Both the position numbers and the translations under genes were made by a program. Below the pieces are notes generated by a model, which was not told the DNA's origin, did no database searches, and saw nothing but the letters and a program-made list of their open reading frames with translations. A stretch of DNA of 64,000 nucleotides, taken from positions 203,366 to 267,365 of the forward strand of contig CAXXVD010000004.1 in the NCBI GenBank assembly GCA_963662335.2, read 5' to 3'. This document shows positions 23,098 to 32,532 of this stretch, in pieces (the stretch's first letter is position 1; every line of letters begins with the position of its first letter). This stretch comes from Chloroflexota bacterium. Its GTDB lineage: Bacteria; Chloroflexota; UBA11872; VXOZ01.

Positions 23098-24062
23098 TGG
23101 CGCGGCGCATACTCCTCTGGCCGATTTGCCTCTTGCTTCTCTTCTTGCCGGTTGGCTGCGCGGCGGAGAACGTCCAACAGCGCGCCGCGCGCCTGTACGA
23201 CGCCGTCCGCGCGCAGCCGCAACTCCAACCGCCTGCCGACTACGCGCCGCCACCGCAAGCAACCGTGAGCGCGGACCCAATCGCCAAGGCGGACGTGCTG
23301 GTCTTTGCGGCCAGGCCGGGAGATGCCCTTGTGTCGGCCTACGCGCTGATCACCCAGGCGGCGGCGCAGGGACAGCGCGTGGTCATCGTCTACGTGACCA
23401 ACGGCGATGCCCAAACCAGCGCGGCCCAGGCCCTGGCGGCGCTGCCCGCCGACGCGACGCCTACGCCGCAGCAGTATCTGCGCGCGGCGGCGATTCTCCA
23501 GGAACGAGCGCTGGAGGTTGCGGTGAATGCCGCCGGTTTGGAGGTGAGCGCCGTGATCTTCCTCGGGTATCCCGACGGCACCTTGCATGAACTGCAAAGC
23601 GCAACGCCGGACCGGGTCGTGCGCTCGCCGTACACCGGCAAGGACGGTGTCCATGACGCCGCGGTCACACCGTATCGCATCGCCCGCTCCGGCCAAGGCG
23701 TGCCCTACACCTTCAACGCAATCCTCCACGACCTGAACGACGTGCTTGTGGAACTGAACCCCAGCGAGATATACTTGCCTTCGCCCGCGAGCGCGGACGA
23801 GACTGCGGCTGCGGCGGGAAGGCTCATTGCCCGTTCGCTGCGCGAGGTTGCGCCACGCGACGCGCGGGTGTTCGTCTACGCGCGCGAGCCGGACGCGCGG
23901 CAAGCCCCGGACCGCCGCGTTCTCGCGACCGCCCCGGCCGCTAAGCAACGCGCGCTGGCCGCCTTTGCGGTAGGATTCGAGGACGCACATTGGCCCACCG
24001 TGCCGTCCGCGCTGTTGGAGGCGGAGCCGTTCTGGGAGTTTGACTACAATACCGGCGCATGA
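23094..24062 (+). CDS. PIG-L/LmbE-fold lipoprotein with degenerate metal motifs
   Basis: Signal ending PVGC; VYVTNGD and FLGYPDGTL motifs of PIG-L family, but HPDDE reads RPGDA. Confidence 0.7.
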   Translation: MMARRILLWPICLLLLFLPVGCAAENVQQRAARLYDAVRAQPQLQPPADYAPPPQATVSADPIAKADVLVFAARPGDALVSAYALITQAAAQGQRVVIVYVTNGDAQTSAAQALAALPADATPTPQQYLRAAAILQERALEVAVNAAGLEVSAVIFLGYPDGTLHELQSATPDRVVRSPYTGKDGVHDAAVTPYRIARSGQGVPYTFNAILHDLNDVLVELNPSEIYLPSPASADETAAAAGRLIARSLREVAPRDARVFVYAREPDARQAPDRRVLATAPAAKQRALAAFAVGFEDAHWPTVPSALLEAEPFWEFDYNTGA

Positions 24063-24117
24063 GCAACACGCCGGACAAAACTGGGTCTTCAACCGCATTA
24101 CCCTGGAGATGACTGAC

Positions 24118-24987
24118 ATGTCCATGCCCCGCCCGTCGCTGCACGCCTCTATCTTGCAACCCGGCTTTTCGTTGGCAGAGATGCTCGCGCTCGCCAAGCG
24201 CTTTGGGTTTCCCGGTGTAGACTGCTCATTCAACGAAGTGCGGGCATTGGTGGAAGAGACGTCGGCCGCGGCCGTGCGCGATCTCTTTGCCGCGCACAAT
24301 ACGGCGCCGTCGTACATGGGACTGCTGCCGGCCGGCATCTACGCGCCGGAAGATGAGTTCACGCGGTCGCTTGCTCTCTTCTCCGATAACTGTGCGGTTG
24401 CGGCGTCGGTTGGCTGCCAACGCACCGGCGGTTACTTTCCCAATCGCACCGCGCTGCCGCCGGACGAAGCCCGGCGCATCCTCAAGGAGCGCACGGCAAT
24501 CCTGGCGGAGCGTGCGGAGCCGCACGGCATTGCCATCGGGCTGGAGTTTCTCGGCGTGCGCACCTTCCGGCTGGACGACCCCCACGCCTTCATCAGCAAC
24601 GTGCCCGACACCATGGAGCTTCTCCACGAGACCGGCCGGCCCAACGTCGGCCTGATTCTCGATTCGTTCCACTACTTCACGAGCGGCGGCGACCTGGCGC
24701 AGATTCAGGCCTTGCGCGCGCAGGACATCGTGCACGTGCACGTGAACGACGCGCCTCACGCGGACGTGCATACGTTGGAAGACACCGACCGTGTGCTGCC
24801 GGGCAAGGGCGTGATTGACCTGACCGGGTGGTTCAAGGCCATTGCCGAAATAGGCTATGACGGCTATGTCGCCATCGAGATCTTCGACGACGCGTTTCGC
24901 AATCAGGAACGCGAAGTTGCCGTGCGCATCGCCAAGCAGGCGCTCGACGCGGTGCTGGCACAGGCGGCGCAGTCCAGCCGCGCCTAA
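24118..24987 (+). CDS. Sugar phosphate isomerase/epimerase (xylose-isomerase-like TIM barrel)
   Basis: GLEFL, LDSFH, HVHVND, R.LPG.GVIDL, GYDG..AIE; start 24109 or 24118. Confidence 0.88.
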   Translation: MSMPRPSLHASILQPGFSLAEMLALAKRFGFPGVDCSFNEVRALVEETSAAAVRDLFAAHNTAPSYMGLLPAGIYAPEDEFTRSLALFSDNCAVAASVGCQRTGGYFPNRTALPPDEARRILKERTAILAERAEPHGIAIGLEFLGVRTFRLDDPHAFISNVPDTMELLHETGRPNVGLILDSFHYFTSGGDLAQIQALRAQDIVHVHVNDAPHADVHTLEDTDRVLPGKGVIDLTGWFKAIAEIGYDGYVAIEIFDDAFRNQEREVAVRIAKQALDAVLAQAAQSSRA

Positions 24988-25046
24988 CCCCCCGCGCTCG
25001 GCGGTTTCTTCTCATGCGCGCTTACGGCTAAGTTTGCTGCCATGCC

Positions 25047-25070
25047 GTAGCGCGGGGGCTTGTCCCCCGC
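25047..25070 (+). repeat. GTAG-family REP
   Basis: GTAGCGCGGGGGCTTGTCCCCCGC identical to 9143 copy, between convergent genes. Confidence 0.88.
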
Positions 25071-25106
25071 CTCTTGGCAAGAAGGCGCACGTCTTGGCAA
25101 AAGCGC

Positions 25107-25982
25107 CTAGACGTTCACACTGCTGTACGCCAGCAGAACCGCGCCCAGCGCAATCACCACCGCGCCGCCAATGCGCGGCGCCGCCGACGGCTCGCGCAAT
25201 ATCACCACGCCCAACACCGTCCCAATCACCACGCCCACTTCCCGCAGCGGCGCTACCTGGCTCACCTGGGCGAACGAGAGCGCCACCAACGCGAGACTGT
25301 ACGCCAGCGGCGAGAGCACCGCGCCCGCGCCCATCGTAAGCGGGGAGGCGCGCCACGCGCCGAGCAGCGCGTCCACCCGGCGGCGCAGCAGCCACGACAT
25401 GGCGATGGCGGGGCCGAGGAACGCTCCGGTAACGTACAGCAGCGGCGGCACGTGCGAAACGCCCACTTTGTCCCACAGCGAGTACGTGGCAATGGTCACG
25501 CCGGTTACGGCGGCGAAGACGAGGCCGGCCGCGGGACGGAAGTGGGCTGCCAGGGATTGCCGTGAAAAGTCAGCCGGAATTTGGAGAATCAGCAGTCCCA
25601 GCACGATGCCGCCGATGCCGAGCCCCTGCGCCAACGTGATGTGCTCGCCCAGGATGAGCACCGCGCCGATGGGCGTGAGCGCCACGCCCATGCCTCGAGC
25701 GAGCGGATAGACCAGCGACATGTCGCCGTGCTCGTAGGCGAGGGCGAGCAGCGCGAAGTAGAACGCGTGGATGATCGCGGTGCCGAGAAAGAAACCCCAG
25801 CCAATGAGGGAGACCGTTGCTCCGGAAAGCACGTAAAGGGCCATGGGCAGCGTGGCGATAGTGCCGGCTACGCAGATGTTCCACGTGTAGATGAGCGGCC
25901 TGCCGCTGCGCTTGAGCAGCAGATTCCAGGTGGCGTGGGCCAGAGCCGCCGCCAGCACGAGCGCCAGCGCAAGCAGGGTCAT
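25107..25982 (-). CDS. EamA/DMT family transporter
   Basis: AALAHATWN, GDMSLVYPLARG, YSLWDK, APLREVGVV; about 10 TM helices. Confidence 0.9.
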   Translation of the reverse strand: MTLLALALVLAAALAHATWNLLLKRSGRPLIYTWNICVAGTIATLPMALYVLSGATVSLIGWGFFLGTAIIHAFYFALLALAYEHGDMSLVYPLARGMGVALTPIGAVLILGEHITLAQGLGIGGIVLGLLILQIPADFSRQSLAAHFRPAAGLVFAAVTGVTIATYSLWDKVGVSHVPPLLYVTGAFLGPAIAMSWLLRRRVDALLGAWRASPLTMGAGAVLSPLAYSLALVALSFAQVSQVAPLREVGVVIGTVLGVVILREPSAAPRIGGAVVIALGAVLLAYSSVNV

Positions 25983-26430
25983 GGCGGCGTCTCGCCGGCG
26001 CACGCCCCGGCGGTCTGCGCGCGCACGCGGGCTCTGGGCCTTTGCGCCGGTTCTTGTCGATTCATGCGTGGTTGGCGTCTAACTCTGCGCCGCGCGCGGT
26101 TGGCGGCGGTCGTGAGAAACTTTCCCAAGTATACCCCGTTTCGCCCGGCGCGGTGACGCCGCCAATGGACGCTTCCGGTGTGGCCATGACGATCCGGCCG
26201 CGCGCCGGGCTCTCTAGCGTAACCCCGCAAGAGGATTGCGTATCTCTTGTTGGAACTGTATGTGCGGCACGAGCATGACTTGCCCGCCTTGTTGGATTGG
26301 AGTAAGCTACCAACGGCATAAATCGCAGCCGCGACAGTCACCGCCGGATCGGAATGCTTGGCCAGGCGGAAGACTGGCTGCCGCGTCTCGTGTTGCGTCC
26401 GTTCAGCGGCAGACCTAGGAGGGCACGAAC

Positions 26431-27816
26431 ATGAAGGCGAATCTAGAGAGTCTCAGCCGAAGGCGGCTCTTGCAGGGCATGGGCGGGGCGGCAGGCGCGC
26501 TGGCCTTGGCCGCGTGCGGCACGGTGGCCACAACCCCCGCCGAGGCCCCCGTAGAGCAGGAAGCCGCGGCGCCCAAAGAAGAGCAGAAAGCGCCCGAACC
26601 GGCCGAACCCACCGACGTGGAATTCTTGATCGGCCCCTTTGCCGGGCGCAGCCCGGACGCCATAGAAGCGTGGCTGGCCAACTTCCATGAGAAAAATCCG
26701 GCTATCCAGATCAAGCTGATCATCGCGGAAGCGGGCACCAACTATCAGCAGCAAATCGCCACGTTCGTGGCGGCCGGCGCGAACGCGGACGTGGTGCACA
26801 TGTCCGGCGGGCACTTCACCTACGCCGCCGAGGGCGTGCTGGTCAATCTGGATGACTTGATCAAGGCGGACGCTGACTTCGATATCGCGGCCTACTATCC
26901 GCGCGTCACCGAGTTCTACCGCGTGCCGGAAGGCGGGCAGTGGGCCTTGCCCTGGAACCACGCCACCGAGGGCGTCTACTACAACAAGACGCTGCTGGCC
27001 GAGGCCGGCCTGGATGAACCGAGCGAGGACTGGACGTGGGACGATCTGCGCGAGATGGCCCGTGTCCTGACGAAGGACGCCAACAACGACGGCGAACCGG
27101 AATCGTGGGGCGTCGAATTCCGCTTGGTGCGCATCGACCACGTGCTGCGCTCGTTTGGCGGCGGCTTTCTGGCCGACGACAACACGCGGTCGGTCATAAC
27201 GGATCCCAAGTCGATCGCCGGGCTGCAGTTCATTGCCGACTTGATCCTCAAGGACCGCACCCACCCGTACCCGGCGTTGGGTTGGCGAAACGGGTTCTCC
27301 CAGGGCAAGATCGCGATTTCCTTCTTGCCGGAGTGGGCCGCGGTGCGGCTGGCCGGCGTCGAGGGGCTTGACTTCGACGTCGGCCTCATGCCGCAAGGCC
27401 CGGAGGGCAGATTTACGTTTTCCGGCTCCGGCGGCGCGTCCATGTTCAGCACGTCGGATGCCCACGATGCTTCCTGGGAGGTGCTGAAGTGGTTCTGCAA
27501 TTACGACGGCGGCGAGTGGGGGATGGCGCGGGCAATTTCCTTCCCGGCCGGTTCTCCAACCGCGTTGATCGCGGCCAATGAGTACTTCTGGAACGAGTAC
27601 CTCACCACGCCGGAGAACCGCACGCGCTTCCTGAAGAATCCCGACTTTGCCGTGGTGCCGTTCGGCGGCAGTTGGGACGGCAGGTTCTTCGACCAAAGCT
27701 CGCGCGCGGCGCTGCCCCAAATCTGGGAAGGCGCGAAGTCCGTGGAAGAGGTGGCGCGGGAACTGGACGCCATGTGGGTGGCGCGGCTGGAGGAAACGGG
27801 CAGGCTCAAGGGCTAG
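26431..27816 (+). CDS. Carbohydrate-type ABC transporter solute-binding lipoprotein (Tat signal)
   Basis: SRRRLL twin-arginine, LAAC lipobox, YYNK.L..AG..P..DWTWDDL; strong AGGAGG RBS. Confidence 0.9.
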   Translation: MKANLESLSRRRLLQGMGGAAGALALAACGTVATTPAEAPVEQEAAAPKEEQKAPEPAEPTDVEFLIGPFAGRSPDAIEAWLANFHEKNPAIQIKLIIAEAGTNYQQQIATFVAAGANADVVHMSGGHFTYAAEGVLVNLDDLIKADADFDIAAYYPRVTEFYRVPEGGQWALPWNHATEGVYYNKTLLAEAGLDEPSEDWTWDDLREMARVLTKDANNDGEPESWGVEFRLVRIDHVLRSFGGGFLADDNTRSVITDPKSIAGLQFIADLILKDRTHPYPALGWRNGFSQGKIAISFLPEWAAVRLAGVEGLDFDVGLMPQGPEGRFTFSGSGGASMFSTSDAHDASWEVLKWFCNYDGGEWGMARAISFPAGSPTALIAANEYFWNEYLTTPENRTRFLKNPDFAVVPFGGSWDGRFFDQSSRAALPQIWEGAKSVEEVARELDAMWVARLEETGRLKG

Positions 27817-27855
27817 CGTTCGTTCTGTTGCAACGGAACGCCATTGGCTTGAATC

Positions 27856-27891
27856 CACATCTCCGCAGGCCCCCGCGCTTGCGGAGATGTG
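27856..27891 (+). other. Intercistronic 12-bp perfect hairpin
   Basis: CACATCTCCGCA ... TGCGGAGATGTG; no U-tail, so stabiliser or pause rather than a clear terminator. Confidence 0.5.
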
Positions 27892-27949
27892 CCTTAGTTG
27901 GATCATTGTCGCCTTCGGGCACTCTCGCGGAAGATGAGGTTTCTGATTG

Positions 27950-29182
27950 ATGAGCGCAATTCGCGTCGGCGTCGTCGGCATTGGCGGCCGCGGGCAGAAC
28001 TACCTGCGGTGGCTCAGCGAGGTTGACCGCCGCGCCTACCTGGGCGCCGACCGGCACTGGAGCCACACCAAGCGCACCTCGTACTGGGGCACCGTGCTGC
28101 GGGAATCGCGGGACATCGCCTTTCCCGAGGAGATGTACAAGCAGTACGCGCGCGGCCTCGAGGAATACGGCATCGTCGAGACGCGCAACCTGAAGGCCGA
28201 CATCGTAGCCGTTTGCGACGTGCAGGAAGACCATCTGGCGATGGCGCGGCAGATTCTCACCGAGGAGCTTGGGCGGGAAGCCCCGCAGACCTACAGCGAC
28301 TATCGTCGGATGCTCGATGAAGCGGCGCTGGACGCGGTGGTTGTGGTCAGCGCCAACTTCACGCACCGCGAGATTGCCGTGGCCGCGCTTGATGCGGGCG
28401 CGTGGGTGCTGTGCGACAAGCCGCTGGCGACGACGGTAGCAGACTGCCAGGCAATCGTGGACGCCGCCCATCGCAGCGGCGGCAAGCTCTTCATGGGCTT
28501 CAACGAGCGTTCCAATCCGGCGGTGACCAAAGGACGCGAAATCGTGGCCACCGGCCAGATCGGCCAGCCGCAAATGGTGCTGTCACGCTCGATTCGTCCC
28601 CCGTTCGCGCCCACGCCCTGGCGTTACAGTCAAGCGCAGAGCGGCGGCGCGCTGAACGAGAAGAACAGCCATAGCTTCGACCTCTTCAACTGGTTCGTCG
28701 ATTCCAAGCCCCGGCGCGTGATGGGCGTTGGCGGACAGCACGTGCTGACGGAGAATAACGACATCATCGACCACGCCTGGGTGCTGGTGGAGTACGCGAA
28801 CGGCGCGCGCGGCTGCCTGCAACTCTGCCTCTTTTCGCCGCCGTCAACCGGCCCGGGCGCGGTCCTGGACCTGGTGGGCGCGAACGGGCGCGTCATCGTG
28901 AAAGGCGGCTCGGTGGAGGTCTACGGACGCCGGCCGCTCAACGACCGCGCCGTCTACCACGTCAGCCGCGACAGCAACATGCCCGGGCATTCCGGCGACC
29001 TGACGCAGGCGTTCCGCTTCCTGGATTGCGTCGCGCACGACAAGCCGGCCCCGGCGCCGCCGGAAGCCGGCATGGAAAGCACGGTCATCTGCCTGGCGGC
29101 GGAAGAATCGATCCGGCGCGACGGCGAGTGGATAGACATTGCCGACTTCATCACGCAGGGGCTTGGACGGTCGGGGAGTTAG
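27950..29182 (+). CDS. Gfo/Idh/MocA family oxidoreductase
   Basis: VGVVGIGGRG, VAVCD, CDKPLA, GFNER, GGALNEKNSH.FD. Confidence 0.88.
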   Translation: MSAIRVGVVGIGGRGQNYLRWLSEVDRRAYLGADRHWSHTKRTSYWGTVLRESRDIAFPEEMYKQYARGLEEYGIVETRNLKADIVAVCDVQEDHLAMARQILTEELGREAPQTYSDYRRMLDEAALDAVVVVSANFTHREIAVAALDAGAWVLCDKPLATTVADCQAIVDAAHRSGGKLFMGFNERSNPAVTKGREIVATGQIGQPQMVLSRSIRPPFAPTPWRYSQAQSGGALNEKNSHSFDLFNWFVDSKPRRVMGVGGQHVLTENNDIIDHAWVLVEYANGARGCLQLCLFSPPSTGPGAVLDLVGANGRVIVKGGSVEVYGRRPLNDRAVYHVSRDSNMPGHSGDLTQAFRFLDCVAHDKPAPAPPEAGMESTVICLAAEESIRRDGEWIDIADFITQGLGRSGS

Positions 29183-29308
29183 GCTGAGGCGGAGTACGAT
29201 ACGCGTCCAGTGTGCTATGATGGAATTACCAGCAGCGCGGTAGGAATTAGCCGCGCCTGGCGTTTCGATGCCAGCGTATTCTGAACCAAGCGCCTACCGT
29301 AAGAGGAA

Positions 29309-29764
29309 GTGACTTTGGCCGCAGCGCGTTCGCAACTCGCAACCTCCAATGCCAAGCGGCTGCTGCGGTCGTCCGGCCGCCGCTTCACCCGCCAGCGCGA
29401 GGCCATCCTGAAGATCATCCGCGAGCAACCCGGGCACCTGGGAGCCGACGAGGTCTTTCAAATTGCGCGCCAGCGCGGTCACCGCGTGAGCCTCTCCACC
29501 GTCTACCGCACGCTCGACCTGTTGCGCGAACAGGGCCTCGTGGAAGCGGCCAACCTGCAGCAAGACCACCGCCACTTCAAGGCCGCCGGCGATGAAGAGC
29601 ACCACCATCTGGTGTGCGTCTCGTGCGCGGAAGTCATCGAGTTCAGCAGCCCCCACGTCGACCGCCTCAAAGAGGCCCTGCAAGAGGAGCACGACTTCAC
29701 GATACGGAACGTGGAACTTGAGGTGGGCGGACTCTGCTCCCGCTGCGCGACCGCCCCCCGTTAG
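29309..29764 (+). CDS. Fur family transcriptional regulator
   Basis: TRQREAIL, SLSTVYRTL, HHHLVCVSC, CSRC. Confidence 0.92.
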   Translation: MTLAAARSQLATSNAKRLLRSSGRRFTRQREAILKIIREQPGHLGADEVFQIARQRGHRVSLSTVYRTLDLLREQGLVEAANLQQDHRHFKAAGDEEHHHLVCVSCAEVIEFSSPHVDRLKEALQEEHDFTIRNVELEVGGLCSRCATAPR

Positions 29765-30489
29765 CCGCCCGCAATCTCAAGCGCGCGGTGGTGCGCGCTT
29801 GTTTCCAGGTCGTCATCCAGCGGCGGCAGTGACGAGACCCCGTGCCGCCGCTGCAGGGCTTGCAGCAGCAAGTGATCCGCGAAGGCCGGATTCTTGGGCA
29901 GCAGCGAGCCGTGGAGATAGGTGCCGTACACGTTCCGCCACCGCGCGCCCTCCGTGCCGTCCTCGCCGTTGTTGCCAAAGCCACTCACCACGGTCGCGAG
30001 CGCGGCCGCCGGTTCGTGGAGATACGTCCGGCCGCCGTGGTTCTCGAAGCCAACGAGTTTCGTGCCCTCCCACACAGTGACGATATTGCCGATGCAGCGG
30101 TGGCTGCCTGCGCCGGGATGCAGCGTATAGGCCGGCAGCGCCGCGATGCCGCGCAGTTCGCTGCCGCTCGCATCGCGGTAGTATTCGCCGAAGAGTTGAT
30201 AGCCGCCGCACACCGCCAGCGCCACCAGGCCGTCTTCGATAGCGTCCCGCAGCGCCGGCCCCTTCGTCTCCACCAGGTCCCGTGAAGCGAGCAGTTGTTC
30301 GCGGTCTTGCCCGCCGCCGACCAGCAGCAGATCGAGTTCAGCGGCATTAACCAGGGGTCCCGGGCCAAGGCTCCGCACTTCCACCGCGATGTCCCGCCAG
30401 CGGCAGCGTTGCGCCAAGCAGATCACGTTGCCGCGGTCCGCGTACATGTTCATGAGACGTGGATAGAGATGGCCGATTACCAGTTTCAC
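29761..30489 (-). CDS. gatD: Lipid II isoglutaminyl synthase glutaminase subunit (CobQ-like)
   Basis: HLYP..MN.Y.DRGN, GGGQD, VCGGYQL, GFENHGG, TYLHGSLLPKNP; GTG overlaps murT stop. Confidence 0.9.
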   Translation of the reverse strand: MKLVIGHLYPRLMNMYADRGNVICLAQRCRWRDIAVEVRSLGPGPLVNAAELDLLLVGGGQDREQLLASRDLVETKGPALRDAIEDGLVALAVCGGYQLFGEYYRDASGSELRGIAALPAYTLHPGAGSHRCIGNIVTVWEGTKLVGFENHGGRTYLHEPAAALATVVSGFGNNGEDGTEGARWRNVYGTYLHGSLLPKNPAFADHLLLQALQRRHGVSSLPPLDDDLETSAHHRALEIAGG

Positions 30490-31910
30490 GCCTGCGTCTC
30501 CCAATAGTCTCGTACGAACCCGCGCTCGGTCCAAACCCGGCGCATTGCCAGCATACCGGTGTAGGTAGCCAATATGAAGAGCGTGCCCCCGGCGGGCGTC
30601 CCGGCAAGCGCATGGTCGAACGCGCCCGCGATGTCGCGCATCACGGTGATGGACTCCGCGCCGGCGTATTTCAGGCGTACCGCCATGTCCTCCGCCCGGC
30701 GGCCGCCCGTCGTGATCGACGCGCTCGCAAGACTCTCGAAGTCAACGTCCCAAATCCACGAGACGTCATGCCCGTCCGCAGCGCGGTCTTGGAGAATCAC
30801 AAGCGTGTGCAGCGGCGCTTCCTCAGCGGCGAGCAGCCGCAGCACCTGGTTCGCGCCGATTGGATTCTTGATGAGGAGCAGCCAGACCTGCCGCCCGCCG
30901 GTCTCGATGCGCTCGGCGCGTCCAAAGGCGGGAATGGTGGCGCCAAGACCCTGGGAAATCGCGTCCGCGGCCGCGCCCACGTGCCACGCGGCCGTAACGG
31001 CAGCCAGCGCGTTGTACACGTTATAGAGCCCCGGCACGCGCAAACGGAGGGACAGGTCGGCCTCCGGCAGCGCGACGGTGAGTCCCGCGCCCTCCAGGCC
31101 GCGCATGACGACGTTCGTCGCGCGCACCTCGCGCTCTGGCCGCCGCCAGCCGCACGCCGGGCAGGCGTATGCGCCCAGATGTCCGTAGTACGCGCCCGTG
31201 TACGTCAAAGGGGTAGCGTCCTGCGGACAGTAGTGCGAATCCGCCGCCAACTCGACGTCGGCGCGCGCCAAGCCGGGAGCGTCTACGCCAAAGTAGCGCA
31301 CCGGACCGCCATAGCCCTCACCGAGGCTCGCCACCAGCGGATCATCGCCGTTGAGCAGCAACGCGGTGGCGGGGCCTAGCTCCGCAAACGCGGCGCGCAA
31401 GCCCGCGGCAATCGTCTGCACCTCGCCGTAGCGGTCGAGTTGATCGCGAAAGAGGTTGGTCACCACGATGCAGGACGGCTGATGCTGCCGGAGCGCCGGC
31501 ACGATCGCGGCCTCGTCCAACTCCATGACGCCAATGCTCGCCGGCGCGAGGCGCAGCCGGCCGTCCCACGCCGCGTGCGCGAGCAGCGCGCTCAGGACGC
31601 CGCGGGTCAAATTCGAGCCCGTGGCGTTATGTAAAACCGAGCGGCCGTCCGCGGCCAGGACGTTGCGCAGCAGGGCGGCCGTGGTCGTCTTGCCGTTGGT
31701 GCCGGTGACGAAGATCGTGCCGCCGGGTATCTGGCGCAACAGGAAGCCAAGCAAGCCCGGCGCAACGTGCTCGGCCACGAGCCCCGGGAGCGCCGTGCCG
31801 CCGCCCTGCCGCAGGCGGCGCGAAAAGAGGCCGGCGCCTCTCGCCAGTTGCACGGCCAGAATCCGGCGCAAGCGGGAGAGAGCGTCCTCTTTCATCCGCG
31901 ATTTCGTCAT
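30486..31910 (-). CDS. murT: Lipid II isoglutaminyl synthase ligase subunit (Mur ligase + DUF1727)
   Basis: GGGTALPG, TGTNGKTTT, NLFRDQLDRYGE, Cys zinc motif, KNP.G, DVSWIWDVDFE. Confidence 0.92.
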   Translation of the reverse strand: MTKSRMKEDALSRLRRILAVQLARGAGLFSRRLRQGGGTALPGLVAEHVAPGLLGFLLRQIPGGTIFVTGTNGKTTTAALLRNVLAADGRSVLHNATGSNLTRGVLSALLAHAAWDGRLRLAPASIGVMELDEAAIVPALRQHQPSCIVVTNLFRDQLDRYGEVQTIAAGLRAAFAELGPATALLLNGDDPLVASLGEGYGGPVRYFGVDAPGLARADVELAADSHYCPQDATPLTYTGAYYGHLGAYACPACGWRRPEREVRATNVVMRGLEGAGLTVALPEADLSLRLRVPGLYNVYNALAAVTAAWHVGAAADAISQGLGATIPAFGRAERIETGGRQVWLLLIKNPIGANQVLRLLAAEEAPLHTLVILQDRAADGHDVSWIWDVDFESLASASITTGGRRAEDMAVRLKYAGAESITVMRDIAGAFDHALAGTPAGGTLFILATYTGMLAMRRVWTERGFVRDYWETQA

Positions 31911-32031
31911 TCACCGCCAGCGGCGCTTGCACCGTGAGAACAACGCGACACACTCCCGTCAATCCCGCGCCTGCGGGCATTCATCTCCGCCGCGCTCATG
32001 CCGTCATTACTCTGAAAATAGCGCCACGGCC

Positions 32032-32110
32032 TCCGTCATTCCCGCGAAAGCGGGAATCCATCTTGTCGCTCACGTGGAAGATGGATTCCCGCTTTCGCGG
32101 GAATGACGGA
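32032..32110. repeat. Perfect 33-bp inverted CGTC-type REP dimer
   Basis: TCCGTCATTCCCGCGAAAGCGGGAATCCATCTT ... AAGATGGATTCCCGCTTTCGCGGGAATGACGGA. Confidence 0.92.
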
Positions 32111-32128
32111 TAGGAAAGCTACTTGCTC

Positions 32129-32470
32129 TCAGAACCGCTCGAACCGCTCCACGTCCAGCACGAAGATGACCGCGCCGCCCACCTGCACTTCCACCGGATA
32201 GGGCATGTAGAATTCGCCGGGTTCCATGGCCGGCGGCATCGGGTTGACGTACTGCATGCGGGTGGTGCAGTTCCGCCGGATCACCACCAGCACCTCGCTG
32301 ACCTGCTCCTCTTCCACGCCCACCAGCACCGTCGCGTTGCCGTGCCGCAGAAAACCGCCCGCCGTATTGATGCGCGTGGCGCCAAAGCCGGCCTGCACCA
32401 AGCTATCGACCAGGTTGCCCGCGTCCTCGTCCTGGACGATTGCCACGACGAGTTTCATGCTTTTGTCCAT
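32129..32470 (-). CDS. darA: Cyclic-di-AMP receptor, PII-like (DarA/PstA)
   Basis: MKLVVAIVQDED, T.GGFL..GN.T.L.GVE, VGGA.IFV..VE. Confidence 0.9.
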   Translation of the reverse strand: MDKSMKLVVAIVQDEDAGNLVDSLVQAGFGATRINTAGGFLRHGNATVLVGVEEEQVSEVLVVIRRNCTTRMQYVNPMPPAMEPGEFYMPYPVEVQVGGAVIFVLDVERFERF

Positions 32471-32532
32471 GCCGTATTACTCCCCGCCACAGGTTCTCGC
32501 AAACCCAGCCGCAGCCACAGCAAACATCCGGT

